A stretch of 64,000 bases of DNA, from assembly GCA_964016885.1 (NCBI GenBank), contig OZ024743.1, positions 110,298,001 to 110,362,000 of the forward strand, read 5' to 3'. Every line of letters begins with the position of its first letter. The stretch's first letter is position 1. Origin of the DNA: Eledone cirrhosa (lineage: Eukaryota). The position numbers were made by a program, and so were the translations under genes. Below are positions 54,602-64,000 of the stretch, piece by piece. The notes under the pieces were generated by a model. It saw only the letters and a program-made list of their open reading frames with translations, searched no databases and was not told where the DNA came from.

Positions 54602-57600
54602 ATTATTATCTTCTTTAGGAAAACTGTATAGCCTATCACTCTATTTATCCTCCAATAAGCTACTATAACTCATTTAAAAAGTTCGTATTATATGAAGATT
54701 TTCAGAATATGTCCAGTATAAATTCGGTGAAAGATCACGCTACCTCAAGTGGTCAATCCCTCTACGTGCCCCAGTGTCTCATATAATAACAGCCAATTCA
54801 CAGAAAAGGAGAACATATTTGCCATTTAAAAAAATAAATTATTAGAATTAACACCCCACCCCACCACATACACAAAGAAGATGACGGTCGTTAGGCCGGT
54901 CTCAATTACTCTTCAGAGAAAACAGGATTTAACGAACAACAGAATCAACTCTATCTATAACGACATAAGTTCTGGATAGAGCACACAAATAGACAGGAGT
55001 GCCACGGTTGTCATATCCTTGATCATTTGGTGTTTTGCACTGTCACATCTAGATTTAGTAATAAAAATCAATTGAATTGACCAAAACAGGTTTCAATGAC
55101 GAATTTTCTCTTTGTTAAAACAACGAAATAAAAACTGCGCATGAATTTACCCTATAGGTTGCTGTACATTCCCCAGAAAAGTGTACGTTGAACATAATTT
55201 TCAGGGATGTTCAGCGGAACAGAATGTGTAAACAGACCGCTACTTGAGTTACAGATAGAGTAAATCGGACGTGGTTCTCGGCAGATTCTATCTACCTACG
55301 TTCGTTCGCAAAGTATAAGTCTACACGAGATTAGAATAAGGCAATCTTGCCGAAGATAACTTGTATTGGGCTCTACCCGTGACATATTAATGGGAAGTGA
55401 ACTTTTTAACCATTTAGTGATTCCATAAAGAATAGCAATAATGGACTATACCTTCAAGAAAATTGTTAGTCTTCTATAATTAATACATATCTATCTGTAC
55501 TGGACGAGATTTTCATGGCTCTATGGAATAGTATAAATATTTTCCTGGGGAATTTAATGGGAGATGCTGCTTTAGCATTATGAGCGATGGAAATGTTGAA
55601 TGTAGTAGGATATTCTACCTTTGTACTCGATCCTCATGTACCTTTCTTCTTCTTCTTCTTCTTCTTCTCATCAGGACCAACACCAATGCAACACAAATAC
55701 GATATTCGACGTTTTTGTAACTAAAACATTTCTACAAACATCTATTTCATACTCTCATCTTACATTTTTCTGTCGTGTAGATTTAATTTTACTTCACTTG
55801 ATTGTTATATTTAGAGAAATAGACATTGATATATAACTATTTCATGTAAATGAGTTATTTTCCATCATTCTTAGCAGGTTCGGAAGATGTCCCTTAACAC
55901 TAATATCGGATTTGTTCCCCTTCCTCAACACAAAAGACATACAAGTATCATTTGCATTTATGTTATGATATCTGTTTTCATTGACGTATAAAACCGCATT
56001 TAATGTTGAAGCAAAAGAATATTTTCATGAAAATAAATATTTAATGTAATTCTCAAGACCATTTTGATGAAGGATAACATATCTTACATATCTACATCAT
56101 CTTTAATTATGTTATGGTTGTTGAATTATTAAGGGATTATTTGTAGTAGATACCTGTATAAAATTTCTTTATAACTTACCATAAACTTCACATAATAATT
56201 CACTTGATTTATTCATAATAAACTACCATGGAGTATTTTTAATTAGCTGTCAGGAATTAAGAATGTTTCCACATAAGAATCAGTATCATGGATTATTACA
56301 ATTTGAATATTGACAAGTAGCATATGATTTAAGAGATTAAGATAAAGGAGTAACGCTTTATATCGAATTATAACAGAACACACAATCAAGGGTATCTTCA
56401 ACAATAAAATGTGGCATTTAGAAAGATAACTGTCAAAATTTACATGTTGACGTTTATCTTTAATCTAGTTTGCGTAAGAGGAAATGAATCTAAATATGCC
56501 AACTTCAATATATTACGAGCACGAGTAGAATTTAAGCAAATAAATTACGTGATGAGGAGGACAATCATAATCAAATAAAGAAGATAGTTAGAATAAGAGG
56601 TGAGAGAAAAATAACAAAATAAGTTTAAGCTATAATATATTAGAAATATCAGAAATGAATAATTATGTTACTGGCTATACGGACATGATATATGATACAG
56701 CGCAAAGGACACTGTAAAAAACCGCAGAATTTTATATTCAGTAACAAAAATGAAGATTGCTAACAACCAATTTATGATACCACAAAATACGAGATTGGAC
56801 TGGTTGTAATTCCACTGATTTTAATTCCACTGATTATTATTCTACCAGAGCTTTCAGTCCATGGTATACTCTCAGCAATTCTCACCATGTTAACCACCCT
56901 AAAATAGACCTAAAAAACTTAATAGGGGATAGATTTTGCCTTTCTACAAATTTTCTCGCTACCTCAGTTAAAGATGAGAAACGCGTATGGGATTTGGTCG
57001 AGGAGGATGCCGTATGTCTTCAGGCCTTTTAGGCACCTTCCCTACGCACCACTTTGCCAGACAAATGTAAGCTGAACCACTTTGCAATCAAATGAAGGAG
57101 GCTCAACGATTTTCATACCATATATATGAAAGCAACATTTCGGCAAAGGGAAACAAAGTTGAAAATTTAACAGGTAAAGACCACGTTCAGAAAGATTTGT
57201 AAAATTCAACGCTTTAGTGCATGATTGTACATAATAAGCAACTACTTGCTAAAATGTTTACTGGAAAAATATAAACACCATATGGGCCAGCTTACTGGCG
57301 AAATGCACCCTATTCACAAAAAAGAAAATAGATTGTCCTATCTGTTAAGATAATTATAGTTTTGTAATTTATAATCTGGTATGTATATTGATTATCGGGT
57401 GTGATCCAGTGAATTATAGTAATGGAATATTCTCCGCAGAGCCGTTCTTCTAGGAAACGGGTCGGTAGTGGCGGATAGAGATACGGCCAGGGAATATTGC
57501 GGTTATTTTCGAAAAAAGTGAGCTCCTGCCGAACGAATACGCAATCCCGTCCAATAGTGATACATCACTGTAGAAGATGAAGCAATATATGAAAAATGAA

Positions 57601-57829
57601 GCTCCCTCCAAACTCTCACAACTCAGTGATATAGTTGTGATGACGCGAGTAGAAGCCGTCTCTAAAAACGCTTAGCCAGCACGTGATTGAGAAAGTACCA
57701 GATTGCTGACTCACGCAAATGAGACCACAAACAAAAAGACAGAAATATGGCGAAAACTAAGAAAAAGAACCATACTGCATCGTAGTTCTGCACAAAAGAT
57801 ATGTTGCAGTCTTCATTTCATGCCGTAAA

Positions 57830-60708
57830 AACTGTTGAGGCGAATGTGACCTGTCCTAGGCGACTTGGGAGGGATGTACAATAATGTTGTATCCCGAAAC
57901 CCCAAAAGGTGCAAACCATGACAAATTGAACATAGAGGTAAGGAGCGGGAAGTAAGGGAGCAGATTAGATTCTACCTGCCAGGCATAATTGGGGTTTCCA
58001 CGATGAAGTTATGTACCTCAGGTACTGGAAATTGGGATAGTGTATGGAAAATCCATAAATTAGTAGTGGCATCAAAAGTGACTGCATGGGGTGGATTGTT
58101 GATGGCCCCATGTATCAGATTGTGTTATGGACTTCATGCTATTAGGATTGAGGCTTGGGCTAATAGATAGGTCTTTGTGCGTAGTGCAACTTTATGGAGC
58201 AAACAATGAGTCCTAATACAGTGTCTACCTTGATGAAGTCACTGCTGCGTTAGATGTGGTTAGGATGGAGTAGTTTAACCTAATGTGAGATTTAAATGAA
58301 TATGACGGTTCCGACCACCAGGCATTAAAATGAGTGATAGGAAGGAGGGTCGATCTCGATCTATATACGAATGGAGGTCTTATTAGCCTTCTATACTAGC
58401 AATTGACTTTCTATTATGAACATCTTCTTCCAACACAGATACATCCATAACTATACATGGTATAAGGGAATTTAGGGACAGTGATCAATAACTGATTTCA
58501 TTATTGTCTCTGATCTCTACAATTATGTGCTAGATGTTCGTGTTAAGATAGAGGATGAGTTGTTAATTGATCATCATCTAACTATCTGCAATTTGAGACT
58601 ACTTTAGGCCACATAGCCCCACAGAACTGATATATCCAAGTCCACTTACAGGATAAGTGGGGAGCGTTGGTGGATAAGAAAATCAGGACCAAGTATAAAG
58701 ATAATAGTGCATCCAAAATAAGAGAAGTCCTTGGGCAAAATGAGAACGTTGAAACAGAGTTGAGATTATTCAGCGCAACAGTCTTTGCTTCAGCTTTAAA
58801 TGCTGTGAGCGAAAGCGATTTGATGTGGTGCCGGATGGCAGGACGAATTTTTGGTTAAATCAAGAGCTCAATGTTGGCATGTGAGCATGCTTACAACACA
58901 TGGATTGAATATACGTTCTGCTTCTTGCACTTACGGTACAAGCAGGCATGAATAATCGCAGCATAGACAATAAATACATCCAAAGGTAAGACATAGGAAG
59001 TCTTAGGTTTTAAGCTGGAATCCGACTTCAGATCCGCAAATAAATTTTACTAGTAGACCATTCGCAGACTTTGTAATAAGAAATCTTCTTCCACTCCTCA
59101 TATTATGTATGTGTATGAAGTTCTCCTCGCTTCAGTGAGGTGCATCCTCGCGAGGTTCAGAGTATACATTGCTGATCTCCTACATCTGATTACAAATCAT
59201 GTTCTGGTGTACAGGAGGTGAATCTGGGAGCGCTCAGTAATCTCAAGGGAGGCTGAGGTCAAACGAGCAATTAAATATCTCAAATGGGACAATGCTGCTG
59301 GGTAGATTGATATTCGACCCAAGATGTTAACCGCCATAAAAACAGGATGTAGTCACATGCTGACTCGTGCGTGTTGCAATGATAGGCAGGAGCAATAATC
59401 CCAATTTTCAAAAAGGGAGAGAAGAGAGATTGTTCCAATTATAGTTGGATCTCTATAACAAGCCTCCCAGGTAAAGTCTACGCAAAGTGTCTTAGAATAA
59501 GATGTAGGGAGACTGCCGAATTAGCTGAGTAATAGTATGGATTCGTTCCAGACGCAACACAGCCGAACGTATATTCACACCACGCCGGTCTTTGAGATAT
59601 CCTGGGCGTATTGCTAAGATGGGTTTCCTTTTTGTGTACACCTTGAAAAGGCATATGACTGCGGTCCATTGGACATGCTGCCGAAGGTTCTACAGGAGTA
59701 TGTGGTCGATTTTAAGCTTTTGGTTGCCGTGATTTTTCTATACGAATATTCGAGTATTTGTGTAGAATAAGTGATGTTAAATCGAAACCATTTAATGTTT
59801 GGAGTTTCACTCTACAAAGTGTGCGTAATGTCACCACTCCTATTCATTATTTTCATGAAACATATTTATATGTACAACCGGGTTCGAGGTGGTATCACGA
59901 CTGGAAAGTGTAGAATAGGTTGGGTGGAATTGCAGATGATATGATATTACTTTACTCGAGAGAAGGTGATCTTGGACAGGCACACGAGAGGTTCGATGCC
60001 GAGAACTACATGGCTGGAATATAAATCAGTCCTGTGTAATCTGAGACATTCGTCCTCCCAGAGATCCCTGCAGAGCGCACTCTATATGTGTATTAAGTAA
60101 CACTAAAGCAGGTGTAGACGTTCAAATATCTCAGCGCCATGTTTAGAGTGATGGAAAGCACGGTGGTGAATTAACGGCCTTTATTCCAGGATCTGGTCCA
60201 GTAATGCGCCAGCTTCAGCATTCGGTAATCAGAAGAAGAGAGGTATGGGTAAAGGCCAAATTCACTATCTTCAATTCGGTACTCGTGCTAACCATTACCT
60301 ATGGTCATTACTCTTGCGTAATGACCGAAAGTATACGATCGCGAATACAAGCGGCCGAAATGGGATTCCTTCGGACGGTTTTGAAGTAATGTTACTCGAT
60401 AGAGTACGTAGCTCAGAGATCAGAATTTAACTCCGGGTAGATACACTACTTCTTCGAATAATAGTGTTCAGCTACTATGGGTATGGGGTAAAATGTCTCA
60501 AAAAAGGATCGTTGGGCAAATTGTATGGGCAAAGCCAACTGTAGGAAAACGAGGATTAGACGCCAGAGCAAGTTTGATCTTAGCTGGTGTCACTTGGATA
60601 TCAGCGAGATAATGTGGAAACGGGCGCTATTGACAGAACCCACTGGAATGGGTGTTTGGGCATTGTACCCCCATGAACTGCCCAGGAATGGGCTAAGAAG
60701 AAAATAAT
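57830..60708 (+). mobile_element. RTE-clade LINE, near full-length but highly decayed
   Basis: IIPIFKKGEKRDCSNYS.ISITSLPGKVYAKCL, MSPLLFIIFM, ADD, FKYLS, ITYGH..VMTESIRSRIQAAEMGFLR; ends in aagaaga. Confidence 0.88.
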
Positions 60709-61572
60709 ATATATCTTTCATTAAATAAAATTTATATTATACACAAATTTACATTATGCACTGTTTTCCACTGATCCCAGATACGTGCACAAACACACAC
60801 GCATATATATTAAAGGTCTGTAATATTTAATGCATTACGCATAATTGCTTCTCTCAGTCGCCGAGCAACCGTTCATTACCGAAATATTTGGGGGGAGTGT
60901 CTCGCCTAAGGAATGAGATTTGAGGACGTGGCTTATGCAAGAACTGTACCTGTCTTTATCCGTGCCAATACATTCACCGTTTTTTGCTGCGAGACGCAAC
61001 TGCAATATATCACCTTCACTGGGGAGTAAAATGGGCAACTTCCTACCAACTTTTCTCCTCTATTTTTGCTATTTAATATTTTTCTTCTTTCTTTTGTCTC
61101 CCTATGCATACATAATTCATTTGAAATTTGTTGCATTTTCCAGCTTAATTATCATGAATGTTATATTATAATTACTCATAATTAAACCGCTTTGAAATGT
61201 CATATGAACCTTATGAAATGCTGAAGTGAATATTTTGTGTTGGTAGTTCTTATATGTAACAGTGAATGTGACGTATTAAAAAAAAAATGATATAAAGAAA
61301 TATAATGATTTTTATAAGCCAGTATTTTCAAAACTCTGCATCATAGATAACAATTATTTGTCGAAATAAATACCTGGAAACGGTTATTAACATATTAAGC
61401 AGTAACATGTTCTACCTCTAAACTAAGCCCAGTTGGATTATTATGAGGATACGTTTAACAGTGGGAATGTGCATGCTAAACAAGGACTTATATATAAATG
61501 GCAATTTTCAAACACAACATTGGACCAGTTTATATAGGCTATTCCCAAATTGCTTTCTTTGTTACATTATAA

Positions 61573-61690
61573 TGAGTTCAAATCCCGCCAATGTTAACAT
61601 TGCCTTTCATCCTTACGGGGTCGATAAAATAAAGTACCAGTAATGTACTGGTGAAATTGCTGGCCTTGTGCCTAAAGTAGAAACAATTAT
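61573..61690 (+). mobile_element. 5'-truncated SINE
   Basis: Runs from the B box to gtagaaacaattat; possible TSD attataatga. Confidence 0.88.
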
Positions 61691-63369
61691 AATGATAAAT
61701 GAAAATTGTACTTTAATGTTGCCAACGGTCAACTTCGTGTAACTCTCATTTGGAAACTTCTCATGAGATGTCTATATTTCCTGGTAAAATAATATATCTC
61801 AAAAGTTTTAATTCTATCACAGTTCAGTAATATTTTTTTAACAATAATTATTTACAACTGGCAGTAATTTAAGTTAAAATAGAACTCAGAAAATGTATTG
61901 CTTACATTTTTTGCCTCGAAACTCATTAACGTTAATTCTTTTAATTACATTTCACATGTATAATTAGATGACACATATGAGAAATAACGCTGCGTGTAGC
62001 AGTGTAACCTACTTTTCGCTGAACGCCCATGAACAATATGCAGGGACAACACATAGTAGCGTTATATTTAAAATGTTCAACGTTGTTTAGAAAATAGTAC
62101 CTTGCGATGAATCCATAACATTGTCTGCTGTAAATATACTCTCACACATCTCAGTTTAAAATGCAGGAGAAAAGAATCTTCAATAAATGTATATGCATAG
62201 CATATAATGAGAGGGAAATGTTTTGCGAGATAAAGTAACGTATTAAAGGAATACAGATACACTAACTTGTAGTGCGTTTCCTACCTAGGTGAGCATCGAT
62301 AAGTGCTTTCACAAAAAATTAGATGACATTTATGATTTAAATATGCTTTCTTTCTCGCCGAATGTGGTCCATTCTCGCGTTTGTTTTCATATATCTCCTT
62401 TCTTCCCTTTTTTCAACGAGGTGTTTTTTGAAATCCCTCTTCGTGTTATGTATATAGAAAATAATACCTGAATTACCGTTACTCTACACTCAGTTAATTC
62501 GGTGATCATCTACAACATACCTGAATATCAAAACGGGAGATGGGGAATGAGAAAATGTCAACATTTTGACACTAAAATAACAGTCCTCTGAGGAATATTT
62601 ATCTACACGAGAGTAAGACTAAGAAAGTTAGGCCACAAATAATATAATCTGTAGAAGAATACAAACTCCAACCTCAGAGGCACAACTCATTAAAAACTAA
62701 CTAAATTTCCTTAAAACGTAGGAAACTGAAGAAGCCAAAAGTATGCTCAGGACAGAATACGCAAATCGCATTATAAACCCCATACAAATTAATTGACACT
62801 GTGAATTGTAATCAAAAATTAAAGTTACATTCGTAAATACGGAACAGAAATTCCACGCAACTAAATGTATCATGATCATACAGCCTACGGATTTCAAAGC
62901 AAAAGTATACAATCTAGGTAAGGTAGCATTGATAAAAAAAATCGTATAAATGAGGATTTCACTTGTAATCATATGTAAGGTACCACTTGTCGAGGTTTGT
63001 TTAATGATGCTATATATACATATCAGGGAATCATTGAAGCAAGCCAGAGTAAAAACGAATGTCATGTAATCCCATGTCATAATCAAGTTCATGAAAGGGT
63101 TTATTACAGTTTTTCCTAAAATAGGAAGTTGGACACAACATGCTATAAGTTATTCCACTGGAAAGTTTCCAGGTTAAATCATGTCTACCATAATTATTAG
63201 TTGATAATTATTATCAGTATGGTGAGGACATGGACTGATAAAATAGGTGATAGTTGCGTTTTGCTGTGTTCACTACAGACCTAGACACATAGATATCATA
63301 GTTATGACATCTAACATGTGTAACCGGCTACAGAATCCACCGGCAAACAAATTCACAGAAATAAACATA

Positions 63370-63419
63370 TCCCTCTCTCTCCCTCCCTATCTCTCCTCTC
63401 CTCCCTCTCTCTCTCTATC

Positions 63420-63488
<69 letters not shown>

Positions 63489-63551
63489 ATGTGTGTGAGA
63501 GGGGGGAGTATACATACATGTATACATATATAAATACATACACATATATAC

Positions 63552-63608
<57 letters not shown>
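63370..63608. repeat. Compound (CT)n/(TA)n microsatellite
   Basis: Directly visible. Confidence 0.9.
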
Positions 63609-63609
<1 letters not shown>

Positions 63610-64000
63610 GCTATTGAGTATTATCACCTTTTAACATAGAGAAGATTAATTGAACTACCAAGATTAATTTCTCCGCAATTACGTGAAATATTTACATACA
63701 CACTTTTAGCTACTAAACTTCATAAATTATTTAGAAGTTCAATGAAACTTCAAATCCGTTGATACTTATAGTTTCACGCTGATGTACGTTCAAGCACCAG
63801 ACAAATTACTGCCAATGTATATTATATACACACAAAAATATACAAGCATATATATATATATGTGTGTGTGTGTGTATTATATATGTGTATGTATGTGGAT
63901 GGGCTTGTGTGTACATATATGTAAGTACTGCATCGATGTCTGTAGACAGACCTCGATGGACGTTTAATGACGATCATCAATTATTTGTTATATACACATA

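Noticed and set aside
56200-57830. Possible decayed transposon or RTE 5' region with an HDV-like ribozyme
   Set aside because: No motif or pseudoknot could be established by eye
62697-63092. 131-aa hydrophobic ORF as a membrane protein
   Set aside because: No recognisable motif; hydrophobicity is expected from a T-rich strand, and the opposite strand may be a decayed TE

Overview
AT-rich animal genomic DNA with no convincing host protein-coding gene. The dense (TA)n/(CA)n/(GA)n microsatellites and the tRNA-derived SINE family suggest a cephalopod such as Octopus; this is recognition from memory, not a search. Most listed ORFs are microsatellite artefacts. The real content is decayed retroelements: Tx1/L1-clade LINEs (8.4-9.8, 11.8-15.5, 38.4-42.6 kb), RTE LINEs (0.15-0.9, 34.2-36.3, 57.8-60.7 kb), RLE-type LINE fragments (18.3-19.4 kb; CRE-like 47.7-48.5 kb) and many SINEs. 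There is also a rich set of Penelope-like elements (PLEs): a near-complete Naiad-like element (25.0-30.1 kb), a Neptune-like element (30.1-32.5 kb) and many short fold-back pLTR derivatives in (TA)n tracts. These carry minimal type-I hammerhead ribozymes, including U3:A8 and U4C core variants. The most striking signal is a 101-bp-arm hairpin at 46414-46615 in which 14 of 15 mismatches are G.U on the ribozyme-sense strand and polarise as A-to-G, consistent with an ADAR-hyperedited RNA having been reverse-transcribed into the genome. All alignments were done by eye and element boundaries are approximate.
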